A stretch of 64,000 nt of DNA, from contig JABDCK010000001.1 of NCBI GenBank assembly GCA_013288185.1, positions 581 through 64,580 on the forward strand, read 5' to 3'. Position numbers and translations under genes: made by a program. Below the pieces are notes generated by a model. That model was not told where the DNA came from. It searched no databases and saw only the letters and a list, made by a program, of their open reading frames with translations. Source of the DNA: Gammaproteobacteria bacterium. GTDB lineage: Bacteria > Pseudomonadota > Gammaproteobacteria > Berkiellales > Berkiellaceae. Of the stretch, positions 1 to 9,702 are shown piece by piece (the first letter of the stretch is position 1; the number at the start of each line of letters is the position of its first letter).

Positions 1-1699
1 TATAAAAATCAATGACCACTTTAAGGCTAGTATCCGTAACAAGATTTTCTGGCGTTAAAGGAGTGTTAGTAAAAGGATTGTTTGCTTTTGATTCAAGGCA
101 ACGTAGGATATTTGGCCTATCACATTTGATACCGGGTGTGTTTGGATCATAGACCGGATCAGTCATTGCATAGTTGGTTATTGGGCAACAAAATTCTTCT
201 GGAATGTTTTCCTCTGCAATACCTAACGCAACAATTTTTTTATGATTTTCACCCGCTTCTGGTTCGCGAGGTACTGCCATTGACGTATCATGCATGCTGC
301 GATTAAGCATGGTGGTTAGTTCATCATCTCTGGAAGCTATATTATGCCGAAATGTTGGTGTGTATGCTGGAGCCTGGGTTCTGCGTGTGCTGTAAAGAAG
401 ACGTGATATACGTTCTTGATTACTTTCAGCAGCACGTCTTTGACGTTGTTCTCTTTGCGCTTCTCGTGAAACCACTGGTGCTGGAGGTGCGGACCTAGAT
501 AAGGGGTTATTTCTTAAATCTGTAAGAATAATCTGTTTAATCTCTTCAAATTCAGGAACGCCATCTCCAACAATATTTAAAAAATTGGTTATAGTTGGCA
601 AATCAGAGTTTTTAAGTGAAATGCGGTTGCTTGCCCAAGGTTGAGGTGCTTCTAATTGAAGTCCTGCACGCGTAAGTGCATCTACGAGACGTTGATAATT
701 TTGAGGCTCTCGAATATGTATGTGTAACAGAAAATTTTCATCATGGCCACACACTTCTACTTTTGCTATTGGACAGATAATACGTGTGCTTGTATGGGAA
801 ATATAGCGGCGCAATATATAACGAGTAATAGAAGTAATTCGCGTATTAAAGTTACCCTCTGTATTCCAATTGGGTAATATTAAAGTCTGACTTAAGTCAA
901 TATTTAAAGTTCTTGCGATTTCTTGTTTCAATGGTTCAAGCTCAGGTGCAGCAGTAGTAAGTGTATTTAAAAAATGGGCTAGTAATGAAAGATGAGATGT
1001 TTTTAATGTAATAAAAGGAAGTCCCTCTTCAAAGCCCGCTTGAGTAATGGCTTGATTGAGGATTTGAAGGGCATGTGCATTTTGAGGTTCCACGAACAAG
1101 GTAAAACTTCCGTTCTGGTAACCACCGATAGCTATTTTTTTGATTACATCAGATCTATTGTTAATTCTGTATTCTACATATTTTTGAGGTGAGATATTGC
1201 GTTCAGTTTGAAAATTACCGTGCGTAGTCCAAGTCATTAGCGTATCAGCGGCAAGTGGCGGTGTTGTGTTAGGTGCTAAAGTTGGACCTAAAATAGAAAT
1301 ATGATTTGCATCATTGAAAATGAATTGTTTTATTTCTTCAACTTCAGGTGCAATTGTTTGAATAGTATTTAAAAAATTATGAATAGATGTCACGTTTGCG
1401 CTTTTAAAACGAATTAAATGAATTTGGTCATGTATAACATGAGATGGTTCTAATTGAAGGCCGGCTGCAGTAAGCGCAGTAACCATAGCCTCATACGTTT
1501 GGGGACCTCGCGGTGTTATTTGTAGACGAAAATAATCGGGATGTGCGGTTATCTCTACATTTTTTACAGCATCATGCGCATTATGATAGGTGACTTTTGC
1601 TGGATACGGCAACCTGTTTTGAGAACCTAATATTTCTCTAAAAGAACGGGATTTAAACCAATGAGATGTTGGTGACAGTCGACGCATCAAAGGAGCCAT
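1..1699 (-). CDS. U-box E3 ligase-like candidate effector with three tandem ~110-aa repeats; 3' end runs off the window (absent from ORF track)
   Basis: Manual translation from ATG at 1699 (MAPLMRRLSPTSHWFKS...) is open to position 1. It ends ...IPEEFCCPITNYAMTDPVYDPNTPGIKCDRPNILRCLESKANNPFTNTPLTPENLVTDTSLKVVIDFY, a U-box motif. Paralog of 3770..4822. Confidence 0.85.
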   Translation of the reverse strand, partial: MAPLMRRLSPTSHWFKSRSFREILGSQNRLPYPAKVTYHNAHDAVKNVEITAHPDYFRLQITPRGPQTYEAMVTALTAAGLQLEPSHVIHDQIHLIRFKSANVTSIHNFLNTIQTIAPEVEEIKQFIFNDANHISILGPTLAPNTTPPLAADTLMTWTTHGNFQTERNISPQKYVEYRINNRSDVIKKIAIGGYQNGSFTLFVEPQNAHALQILNQAITQAGFEEGLPFITLKTSHLSLLAHFLNTLTTAAPELEPLKQEIARTLNIDLSQTLILPNWNTEGNFNTRITSITRYILRRYISHTSTRIICPIAKVEVCGHDENFLLHIHIREPQNYQRLVDALTRAGLQLEAPQPWASNRISLKNSDLPTITNFLNIVGDGVPEFEEIKQIILTDLRNNPLSRSAPPAPVVSREAQREQRQRRAAESNQERISRLLYSTRRTQAPAYTPTFRHNIASRDDELTTMLNRSMHDTSMAVPREPEAGENHKKIVALGIAEENIPEEFCCPITNYAMTDPVYDPNTPGIKCDRPNILRCLESKANNPFTNTPLTPENLVTDTSLKVVIDFY

Positions 1700-1826
1700 A
1701 GGGTTGTTCTCTTTGCTATTTAAAAGAGCGCATTTTATCAACCTTAGCTAGCAAGCACAATGCAATTTAAAAAATATTTATTACCGCGCTAAAGTTGTAT
1801 ATTCCCCTTTACGACTGGTCGTATAG

Positions 1827-2540
1827 CTAAATTTCAATCAATTCATTGCTTACTTCATATACATGTTCAATTTTTTCTCCATTCCACATATATCTAAGAT
1901 GCTTTGTTTGAATAACAGGAAGAGCAATAGCGGTGGGTCTTAAAATAGCAATACAAAGACTTCCTCTATGACGTACACTATTATAAACAATTCCCCAAGC
2001 CAGCGTTTCTTTCATTTTTTTACCAAAAGCTTGTGAAACGGTGTAATCCTCTGAATGATGTAAAGAAGCAAAGTTTTTATTGCGGATATCCTTTAACGGT
2101 TGCAAAATCTTTCCACTGCGGTAAACACGCATGGTCAATTCGCAAGCAGGTTCTTGCGTATATTTCAAAAAGCGTTCTCTATGATAAGCAGTTTCTCGAA
2201 TGCTGGTTGTTATAGATTGACTGGCATAATATACCCCAAAAGTTCCGTCCGAAAAACGACTGGGGCGATCGCGTGAAATATGCGTAAATGCTGCCATAAT
2301 GATGCTTGCACCTTTTTTACCATATACACAATCCTCTTTTGGAACCAGTGAGATGTTACCAAGTTCTTCTCTTATCCTATCATTGGTAAGGCTTTCAATG
2401 AAAAATAATTCATCAATAAATTGAGGATCAACTAATTTCTCAAAAAAATTAACGGGTGGAAAACGTGAGGAAATAATTCTGAAAGTATGAGGCCAGGATA
2501 AAGTTGTCTCAGTGAAGGATATATCATCCGCGTTCAGCAT
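1827..2540 (-). CDS. RES-domain toxin (putative NAD+ phosphorylase) of a RES-Xre toxin-antitoxin pair
   Basis: R-E-S motifs: FRIISSRFPP, SRFSDGTFGVYYAS, RETAYH, GIVYNSVRH. Overlaps the upstream antitoxin gene. Confidence 0.9.
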   Translation of the reverse strand: MLNADDISFTETTLSWPHTFRIISSRFPPVNFFEKLVDPQFIDELFFIESLTNDRIREELGNISLVPKEDCVYGKKGASIIMAAFTHISRDRPSRFSDGTFGVYYASQSITTSIRETAYHRERFLKYTQEPACELTMRVYRSGKILQPLKDIRNKNFASLHHSEDYTVSQAFGKKMKETLAWGIVYNSVRHRGSLCIAILRPTAIALPVIQTKHLRYMWNGEKIEHVYEVSNELIEI

Positions 2541-2937
2541 CTAAGTACCTTCTAACATCTGCTAAATCAATGACATTACCTGCTAACATTTTGTCTAGAG
2601 CAGAGGTATTGTTGAACAAAGGAGCGCTATTTTTTTTGTGGATCCAAGTATTAGCCATTGCTTCTGTTGGCAATAAGATGTTCAGTGCTTTATAGATACC
2701 AAGAAGGTAGGAAATTCTTTCTAATGTATCTTTTGAGAGATGGCAGGTATTCTCAGTATGAATGCTGCTTTTCCATTTAAAGAGCGTTGCCCGTGGGATA
2801 TCACCCAGAATGCGTTGCTGCTGTTCAGTATTTAATTGCCATAATTGTGCCAAATTGAAAAAGGCCTGCAAGGCAGCTTTATTTATTCTATGCTTGTCAA
2901 AATGCTTTTCTGGTGAGATATGAGATTCAGTACGCAT
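2524..2937 (-). CDS. Xre/MbcA/ParS-family antitoxin
   Basis: N-terminal HTH (LWQLNTEQQQRILG..RATLFKWK), ERISYLLGIYKAL, and C-terminal W...N..F....LD.M....LADVRRYLDAERG. Confidence 0.9.
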   Translation of the reverse strand: MRTESHISPEKHFDKHRINKAALQAFFNLAQLWQLNTEQQQRILGDIPRATLFKWKSSIHTENTCHLSKDTLERISYLLGIYKALNILLPTEAMANTWIHKKNSAPLFNNTSALDKMLAGNVIDLADVRRYLDAERG

Positions 2938-2940
2938 GCT

Positions 2941-2985
2941 AGTCTCAAAATAGATTAATATATATTATAAGTATATATTGAGACT
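2941..2985. promoter_or_regulatory. Inverted repeat operator upstream of the Xre-RES operon
   Basis: AGTCTCAA...TTGAGACT inverted repeat around an AT-rich core, immediately upstream of the antitoxin ATG. Confidence 0.5.
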
Positions 2986-3085
2986 TATGTGAGGTCAATA
3001 TGTGTATATACTATCAATTAGGAATGTTGAATAAGATACTTATGCCGCGGCTTCGCTAAGGCTACGCCGGGCAAGCATATTAAAT

Positions 3086-3290
3086 TAAATCCCCCCCTCG
3101 CTACGCTCGGCGCCCCCTTTTAAACAAAAGTGGGCTAAAGATCGTACTGGCATGTCCATGCGCTTGCTTTTAGGTGTGGTCACTCCAGAAATTTAGGTTT
3201 CATACATCCTTATTGATAGCTTCAAGTGTGGCACCTCTTAGCCCACTTTTGTATAAAAGGGGGCGCCGAGCGTAGCGAGGGGGGGATTTA
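3086..3290. repeat. REPIN/MITE-like palindromic element, copy A
   Basis: Arm TAAATCCCCCCCTCGCTACGCTCGGCGCCCCCTTTTAAACAAAAGTGGGCTAA (3086-3138) and its near-perfect reverse complement (3238-3290), around a ~100-bp spacer. Confidence 0.9.
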
Positions 3291-3336
3291 TATCTTAAAA
3301 TCATCTTCTTCCGTAACCACGTAAAGTGAAGACAAA

Positions 3337-3717
3337 ATGGTTTGCAATAATTCAAAATTAAAATCTCGTGCCCGTGCTCTTCGGTCGAATATGACAGAAG
3401 CAGAAAAATTAATATGGTCGAGAATTCGAGGAAAGCAAATTGGTAACGTTCAATTCTATCGTCAAAGACCCATCGCAACATTTATTGCAGATTTTTATGC
3501 GCCAAGCGTTAAATTAGTATTAGAAATAGATGGAGCGCAGCATTTAGAAAAAGAACATTTTGCGCAAGATAAGTTTAGAGATACATATTTGAATAGTTTG
3601 GCAATCGTTGTTTTGCGATTTGATAATATTCAAGTCATACATCAATTAAATGGTGTTATTGAAACAATTTTTGGTGTTATTCAAGACTTTAAGAAAGATG
3701 GATGTCATAAGATATAA
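3337..3717 (+). CDS. DUF559 (Vsr-like PD-(D/E)xK) endonuclease domain protein
   Basis: RARALRSNMTEAEKLIWSRIRGKQ..FYRQRPI..FIADFYAP..KLVLEIDGAQH...D..RD.YL....VLRFDN. Confidence 0.9.
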   Translation: MVCNNSKLKSRARALRSNMTEAEKLIWSRIRGKQIGNVQFYRQRPIATFIADFYAPSVKLVLEIDGAQHLEKEHFAQDKFRDTYLNSLAIVVLRFDNIQVIHQLNGVIETIFGVIQDFKKDGCHKI

Positions 3718-3757
3718 ATCCCCCCCTTTTAAACAAAAGTGGGCTAAGAGGTGCTAC
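3708..3757. repeat. Single internally deleted arm of the palindromic element, overlapping the DUF559 stop codon
   Basis: TAAGATATAAATCCCCCCC-TTTTAAACAAAAGTGGGCTAAGAGGTGC, inverted relative to the right arm of copy A. Confidence 0.8.
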
Positions 3758-3769
3758 AAAGTCGTTCCA

Positions 3770-4822
3770 TTAGCGTAGAAGGGTTTTATTAGTAGCTCGC
3801 GTAGCATCAGCATCAACACGGGGACGCATAAATTCACTGTCGATTTTTGCTTTTAGCCTTTTAAAAAATGGAGCTAGTATTTTGGCCCTTTTTTCCTGAT
3901 TCAAAATATAAAAATCAATGACCACTTTAAGGCTAGTATCCGTGATAAGATTTTCTGGCGTTAAAGGAGTGTTAGCAAAAGGATTATTTGCTTTTGATTC
4001 AAGACAACGCAGGATATTTGGTCTATCCCATTTGATATGAGGTGTCTTTGGATCATAGACCGGATCAGTCATTGCAAAGCTGGTTATTGCGCAACAAAAT
4101 TCTTCTGGAATGTTTTTCTCTTCAATACCTAACGCGACTATTTTTTTATGATTTTCCCCAGGTTCTGGTTCCCGAGGCACGGCCATTGACGTGTCATGCA
4201 TGCTGCGATTGAGGAGTTCTTCTAAAGAGGGGGCATTAACGCTAGTGGCAGTTGGTTGCATTATTATGCGTTGAAGCATATGAAGAAAATATTCATTCTC
4301 CATTCGTAGTCGCATCGTATAGAATATATGGGTATTTAATCTATCTATTATGTTTTGCAGGAAGGAAAATCTTGGCTCCGGAAACCGTCGAGGGACCCAT
4401 GGTTGTGGTATTAGGGGCGGTATTCTAAAAGGCTCGTTTACATTAATATGTAATAGGTTAGCGATGATCTGCTTAATTTCTTCGAAATCGGGAGAAAAAG
4501 CACGAACCGTGCTTAGAAAATATCCCATTAATGGCGGATTAACGCTTATGAAGTTAATATGATTTGTAGGTAATATATTATGTTTTAGCGCAAAACCCAT
4601 ACTAGTGAGGATGCTTCCCAGTTGTCGGTAAGCTTCGGTATTTTGCATTTCTAAATCTATCTCGAAATGACCATAAGTAGTATCAACTAACGTTACATTT
4701 TTTATCGCGCTGGTAAGGCGAGTACATGTGAAGGTAACCATTCTGCGGACTATGGCATGAGAATGCAGTATTTGGTTAAAATTACCAATCGTGCTCCAAG
4801 TTCTAACCATGGGATATGTCAT
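3770..4822 (-). CDS. U-box E3 ligase-like candidate effector with one ~110-aa repeat
   Basis: IPEEFCCAITSFAMTDPV...DRPNILRCLESKANNPFANTPLTPENLI. Likely ATG at 4822 (track starts at 4870). The C-terminal DNA is nearly identical to positions 1-305. Confidence 0.85.
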   Translation of the reverse strand: MTYPMVRTWSTIGNFNQILHSHAIVRRMVTFTCTRLTSAIKNVTLVDTTYGHFEIDLEMQNTEAYRQLGSILTSMGFALKHNILPTNHINFISVNPPLMGYFLSTVRAFSPDFEEIKQIIANLLHINVNEPFRIPPLIPQPWVPRRFPEPRFSFLQNIIDRLNTHIFYTMRLRMENEYFLHMLQRIIMQPTATSVNAPSLEELLNRSMHDTSMAVPREPEPGENHKKIVALGIEEKNIPEEFCCAITSFAMTDPVYDPKTPHIKWDRPNILRCLESKANNPFANTPLTPENLITDTSLKVVIDFYILNQEKRAKILAPFFKRLKAKIDSEFMRPRVDADATRATNKTLLR

Positions 4823-4988
4823 TTTAATTGTTCTCTCATTCGTGAAAATTTCAGGGCGCCACTCTATCAAACTCAGTCAATGAACACAATTCAATTTTTT
4901 AAAAATGTTTAATAGATAACTAACATATCCTCTTTGTACTAGCGCAATATATGACTGGGCTTCGTTAGAGCGACGCCGGTTGTTTTAT

Positions 4989-5172
4989 TAAATCCCCCCC
5001 TCGCTACCGCTCGGCGCCCCCTTTTAAACAAAAGTGGGCTAAGAGGTGCCACATTTGAAGCTATCAATAAGGATGTATGAAACCTAAGTTTCTGGAGTGA
5101 CCACATCTAAAGTAAGCGGATGGGCATGCCAGTGCGATCTTTAGCCCACTTTTGTTTAAAAGGGGGGATTTA
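4989..5172. repeat. REPIN/MITE-like palindromic element, copy B
   Basis: Same arms as copy A (right arm internally deleted). The spacer is the reverse complement of copy A's spacer. Confidence 0.9.
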
Positions 5173-5265
5173 TATCTTTAAATCATCTTTTTCCATATAT
5201 TTTGTTGCGAACTTTCAGGTAACTCAGTTAATATGCAGCGCGTGAATTGGGTATAGAAGGCTAAG

Positions 5266-6027
5266 ATGACAAGAAAAACATTGGTGGTAGGTAATTGGAA
5301 AATGCACGGCTCAAAAGAGCAAGTGGCGGCATATTTTTCAGAACTCCAAAAAGCTATTCAAAACTCCTCAGATAAATTACTTAATGAGGTTGTAGTCTGT
5401 CCGCCTTTTATTTATCTTGCCCAGGCTGCTAAACTGCTGGAGCAATTGCCACAAGTAAAGTTAGGTGCTCAAGATGTGAGCGGCTTTACGCAAGGTGCTT
5501 ATACGGGTCAAATCGCCGCGAGTATGCTGGTGGATATAGGCTGTCAGTATGTGATTGTGGGTCATTCTGAGCGCCGGCAATATTGCCAAGAATCCGAAGA
5601 AGAAATTGCAGATAAGTTTTTTGCTGCCAAAGCAACAGGCCTTACCCCCATTTTATGCGTGGGTGAGACCCAAGCGCAGCGAGAAGAAAAACGAACTGAG
5701 TCAGTTGTCCTTGGTCAGTTACAAGCTATTTTAACACGTCAAGGCGTGCAGAGTTTTCAAGACGCAATCATTGCCTATGAGCCTGTTTGGGCCATTGGTA
5801 CAGGGTTAACCGCATCACCACAAGAGGCACAAGCCGTGCATCTCTTGCTTCGGCAGACATTGGCTGAGTATGATGTGGGTTTGGCCCAACGGTTGCCGAT
5901 TTTGTATGGTGGCAGCGTCAAATCCAGCAACGCACAACAATTATTTGCGATGCCAGATATTGATGGTGCATTGGTAGGTGGCGCATCACTACAAGCGTCG
6001 GAATTTTTCGCGATTAGTAAGGTTTAA
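5266..6027 (+). CDS. tpiA: Triosephosphate isomerase
   Basis: GNWKMHG, GHSERR, AYEPVWAIGTG, LYGGSV, DGALVGGASL. Confidence 0.98.
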   Translation: MTRKTLVVGNWKMHGSKEQVAAYFSELQKAIQNSSDKLLNEVVVCPPFIYLAQAAKLLEQLPQVKLGAQDVSGFTQGAYTGQIAASMLVDIGCQYVIVGHSERRQYCQESEEEIADKFFAAKATGLTPILCVGETQAQREEKRTESVVLGQLQAILTRQGVQSFQDAIIAYEPVWAIGTGLTASPQEAQAVHLLLRQTLAEYDVGLAQRLPILYGGSVKSSNAQQLFAMPDIDGALVGGASLQASEFFAISKV

Positions 6028-6029
6028 GG

Positions 6030-6350
6030 ATGTATGCAATCCTCTTAGCAATTCATGTCATAATCGCCCTTGCGCTGATTGGTCTAATACTCCTTCAGCA
6101 TGGTAAAGGTGCGCAAGCAGGTGCATCTTTTGGCAGTGGCGCTTCCCAAACCGTATTTGGAAGCCAAGGGTCAGGTGGTTTTCTAAGTCGGGCGACCGGC
6201 ACCTTAGCGGCAATATTTTTTCTGCTAAATCTTTTACTTGCTTATATGGTTAACAAAGCCAACCATCAGGAAATATTAACCAATGAGCCACCAGCCGTAC
6301 AACAACCGGTGGGTGAACCAAATAAAAGTGATGTGCCTGAAACGCAATAA
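6030..6350 (+). CDS. secG: Preprotein translocase subunit SecG
   Basis: LLQHGKGAQAGASFGSGAS..FG...SGGFLSRAT; canonical tpiA-secG-tRNA-Leu synteny. Confidence 0.96.
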   Translation: MYAILLAIHVIIALALIGLILLQHGKGAQAGASFGSGASQTVFGSQGSGGFLSRATGTLAAIFFLLNLLLAYMVNKANHQEILTNEPPAVQQPVGEPNKSDVPETQ

Positions 6351-6357
6351 AGTTTAC

Positions 6358-6442
6358 GCCGAAGTGGTGAAATTGGTAGACACGCTGTCTTGAGGGGGCA
6401 GTGGCGAAAGCTGTGCCGGTTCGAGTCCGGCCTTCGGCACCA
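6358..6442 (+). tRNA. tRNA-Leu (GAG)
   Basis: GCCGAAGTGGTGAAATTGGTAGACACGCTGTCTTGAGGGGGCAG...GGTTCGAGTCCGGCCTTCGGCACCA; long variable arm, anticodon GAG, CCA end. Confidence 0.95.
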
Positions 6443-6462
6443 TCAATCAGGGATTCTAAAAA

Positions 6463-6819
6463 GTGTTAGAAAATTACCTTCCTGTTCTTATCATGATGGC
6501 AATCGCTGGTGGTATTGGGGTATTGCTGCTGGGCTTAGGAGCACTCCTTTCGCCGCACGCACCCAATCCTGAGAAGTTGTCACAATATGAATGCGGCTTT
6601 GAGCCGTTTGAAAGCGCACGCATAAAATTTGATGTGCGTTTTTACTTGGTTGCCATTCTTTTTATCATTTTCGATTTAGAAGTTGCATTTTTATTTCCTT
6701 GGGCAGTTATTCTAAGAGAAATATCCTGGACCGCTTTTGCAGCAATGGGAGTCTTTTTAGGTTTGCTGCTCGTGGGCTTTATCTATGAGTGGAAAAAAGG
6801 GGCGCTAGAATGGGAATAG
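6463..6819 (+). CDS. nuoA: NADH-quinone oxidoreductase subunit A
   Basis: [29 protein letters not shown]. Confidence 0.97.
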   Translation: MLENYLPVLIMMAIAGGIGVLLLGLGALLSPHAPNPEKLSQYECGFEPFESARIKFDVRFYLVAILFIIFDLEVAFLFPWAVILREISWTAFAAMGVFLGLLLVGFIYEWKKGALEWE

Positions 6820-7304
6820 ACAGCGTACTGAAAAAAGGTTTTGCGACAACCTCACTCGATAAATTAATTAATTGGGCCCGAACCGGCTCCATGTGGCCGA
6901 TGAGTTTTGGTTTGGCCTGTTGTGCGGTTGAAATGATGCATGCAGGCGCTTCCCGTTACGATTTAGACCGATTTGGCATTGTCTTTAGACCAAGCCCCAG
7001 ACAAAGTGATGTGATGATTGTGGCCGGGACTTTGTGTAACAAAATGGCACCCGCTTTACGTAAAGTTTACGATCAAATGCCAGATCCTAAATGGGTAATT
7101 TCCATGGGATCTTGCGCCAATGGGGGCGGTTATTACCATTATTCTTTCTCCGTGGTCCGCGGTTGCGACAGAATTGTACCGGTGGATGTGTATGTCCCAG
7201 GCTGCCCGCCTACTGCAGAAGCTTTGCTGTATGGGATTTTGCAATTGCAAAACAAAATCCGTAGAACCAATACCATAGCCAGAGACAAAAATGAAAAAGC
7301 TTGA
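6810..7304 (+). CDS. nuoB: NADH-quinone oxidoreductase subunit B
   Basis: [27 protein letters not shown] at 6810. Confidence 0.97.
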   Translation: MGIDSVLKKGFATTSLDKLINWARTGSMWPMSFGLACCAVEMMHAGASRYDLDRFGIVFRPSPRQSDVMIVAGTLCNKMAPALRKVYDQMPDPKWVISMGSCANGGGYYHYSFSVVRGCDRIVPVDVYVPGCPPTAEALLYGILQLQNKIRRTNTIARDKNEKA

Positions 7305-7965
7305 ACCATTAGCTGAAAAATTACAGGCTGCGTTTGCCCATCAGGTAGAAGAATTGGTCATTGCAAACCATGAAATTACCCTCACCGTGCCGCCAGACCA
7401 TATTATTTCTGTGTGTGAAAAATTACGCTTCAATGCGGAATTTCAATTTGAAATGCTCATGGATTTATGTGGCGTGGATTATTTACATTATGGTTGCAGT
7501 GAATGGGAAACCTTTCAGGCTACTAGCAAAGGTTTTGAGCGTGGTGTGCAACCACTCCAAGAAATGAATCCGCACAGTGCATGGACCAAACCCCGCTTTG
7601 CGGTGGTTTATCATTTACTTTCACTGGCTCATAACCACAGACTGCGGGTAAAAGCATTTGTACCAGATGCAGAGCCGATGATTGACTCTGTGGTGCATGT
7701 CTGGAATAGCGCCAATTGGTATGAACGAGAAGCCTTTGACTTATACGGTATTTTATTTAAAGGGCATCCGGATTTACGCCGCATTTTAACGGATTATGGT
7801 TTTATTGGTCATCCTTTTAGAAAAGATTTCCCCTTGGTGGGTAATGTAGAAGTACGCTATGACGCCAAACAAGAACGCGTGATTTATGAGCCGGTAGATA
7901 TTGTACCAAGAACCTTAGTGCCCAAAGTTATTCGTGCCGATAAGAAAGAGCAGCACCATGCGTGA
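7291..7965 (+). CDS. nuoC: NADH-quinone oxidoreductase subunit C
   Basis: [38 protein letters not shown]. Confidence 0.97.
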   Translation: MKKLEPLAEKLQAAFAHQVEELVIANHEITLTVPPDHIISVCEKLRFNAEFQFEMLMDLCGVDYLHYGCSEWETFQATSKGFERGVQPLQEMNPHSAWTKPRFAVVYHLLSLAHNHRLRVKAFVPDAEPMIDSVVHVWNSANWYEREAFDLYGILFKGHPDLRRILTDYGFIGHPFRKDFPLVGNVEVRYDAKQERVIYEPVDIVPRTLVPKVIRADKKEQHHA

Positions 7966-9211
7966 GATTAAAAACTATACGATTAATTTTGGTCCACAAC
8001 ATCCCGCTGCGCACGGGGTTTTACGTTTAATTTTAGAATTAGATGGGGAAGTGATTCAACGCGCCGACCCGCATGTGGGCCTTTTGCATCGCGCAACGGA
8101 AAAACTCGCAGAAAGTAAACCTTACAACCAAAGCATTGGTTATATGGACCGGTTAGATTATGTATCGATGATGGCCAATGAACATGGTTATGTGCTCGCC
8201 ATTGAAAAATTATTGGGGATAACTCCACCCTTGCGTGCACGCTATATTCGCACGATGTTTGATGAAATCACCCGGATTTTAAACCATTTACTTTGGTTGG
8301 GCGCGCATGCCTTAGATATTGGGGCGATGACCGTATTTTTGTATGCTTTTCGGGAACGGGAAGATTTAATGGATTGTTATGAGGCGGTATCCGGCGCACG
8401 TATGCATGCCACGTATTATCGGCCTGGCGGCGTTTACCGTGATTTGCCCAATCAAATGCCACAGTATAAGCCCTCAATGTGGCACAATCAAAAAAGCGTG
8501 AATAAAATGAATGCCAATCGTGCGGGGTCCCTCTTGGATTTTATTGAGGATTTTACCCAGCGCTTTCCAGGTTGCGTGGATGATTATGAAACTTTGTTAA
8601 CCGACAATCGCATTTGGAAGCAACGTACCGTGGGTATTGGAGTGGTTTCAGCGGAGCGCGCGTTGCAATTAGGTTTTAGTGGTCCGATGTTAAGAGGATC
8701 TGGCGTGGCCTGGGACTTGCGTAAAAAACAACCCTATGCAGCCTATGATAAACTGGATTTTGCTATTCCCATTGGTAAAGAAGGGGATTGTTATGACCGT
8801 TATGTGGTGCGCATAGAAGAAATGCGCCAATCCAATCATATCATTAAGCAATGCGTACAATGGTTACGTGCAAATCCAGGGCCGGTAATGCTAGAGGATT
8901 ACAAAGTAGTGCCACCCAAACGCGTGCAAATGAAAGAAGATATGGAATCCTTGATTCATCACTTTAAATTATTCACCGAAGGCTATTGTGTGCCGGAAGG
9001 TGAAGCCTATGCGGCCATTGAGCATCCTAAAGGAGAATTTGGGGTTTATTTAGTATCTGATGGTGCCAATAAACCGTATCGAGTCAAAGTCCGTGCTGCC
9101 GGGTTTGCACATTTATCTGCAATGGATGAAATGGTCAAAGGCCATATGATAGCGGATGTGGTCGCGATAATTGGCACACAAGATATTGTGTTTGGAGAGG
9201 TAGACCGATGA
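7958..9211 (+). CDS. nuoD: NADH-quinone oxidoreductase subunit D
   Basis: [16 protein letters not shown]-terminal [12 protein letters not shown] at 7958. Confidence 0.97.
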   Translation: MREIKNYTINFGPQHPAAHGVLRLILELDGEVIQRADPHVGLLHRATEKLAESKPYNQSIGYMDRLDYVSMMANEHGYVLAIEKLLGITPPLRARYIRTMFDEITRILNHLLWLGAHALDIGAMTVFLYAFREREDLMDCYEAVSGARMHATYYRPGGVYRDLPNQMPQYKPSMWHNQKSVNKMNANRAGSLLDFIEDFTQRFPGCVDDYETLLTDNRIWKQRTVGIGVVSAERALQLGFSGPMLRGSGVAWDLRKKQPYAAYDKLDFAIPIGKEGDCYDRYVVRIEEMRQSNHIIKQCVQWLRANPGPVMLEDYKVVPPKRVQMKEDMESLIHHFKLFTEGYCVPEGEAYAAIEHPKGEFGVYLVSDGANKPYRVKVRAAGFAHLSAMDEMVKGHMIADVVAIIGTQDIVFGEVDR

Positions 9212-9699
9212 GCACATCTGTGACTTTATTATCGCCCAAAACACGTGCTGAAATTGACAAATGGCTCAAAAAATTTCCCGCAGATCAAAAACAATCTGCG
9301 GTGATAGCGGCCTTAACTGCTGCGCAAGCAGAAAATGGCGGGTGGTTAACCACAGCACTCATGGATGCGGTTGCAGCCTGTTTACAAATGCCAAAAATTG
9401 CGGTGTATGAAGTCGCGAGTTTTTATAGCATGTTTGAATTAAAACCGGTTGGCAAGCACAAAATTTGTGTTTGTACCAATATCTCTTGCATGCTGAATGG
9501 TTCACAGAACATTGTGGATTATCTTAAAAAGAAATTAGCGATTGAGATGGGACAAACCACGCCGGATGGCAAATTTACGCTAAAATCCGTTGAGTGTTTG
9601 GCAGCTTGCGGCGGCGCACCGGCCATGCAAATTGGTCCGCAGTATTATGAAAATCTCAACTGTGAAACCGTTGATGAAATTTTAGCATCGTTGGAGTAG
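9208..9699 (+). CDS. nuoE: NADH-quinone oxidoreductase subunit E
   Basis: VCTNISC and [10 protein letters not shown] 2Fe-2S ligands. Confidence 0.97.
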   Translation: MSTSVTLLSPKTRAEIDKWLKKFPADQKQSAVIAALTAAQAENGGWLTTALMDAVAACLQMPKIAVYEVASFYSMFELKPVGKHKICVCTNISCMLNGSQNIVDYLKKKLAIEMGQTTPDGKFTLKSVECLAACGGAPAMQIGPQYYENLNCETVDEILASLE

Positions 9700-9702
9700 C
9701 TT

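Noticed and set aside
3200-3481. 93-aa minus-strand ORF
   Set aside because: Antisense to DUF559 and runs through the palindromic element; its peptide is a translation of the repeat.
6390-6572. 60-aa ORF and the many short antisense or alternate-frame ORFs inside nuo, nusA, infB, pnp and his genes
   Set aside because: They overlap tRNA-Leu or well-conserved genes and have no independent signals.
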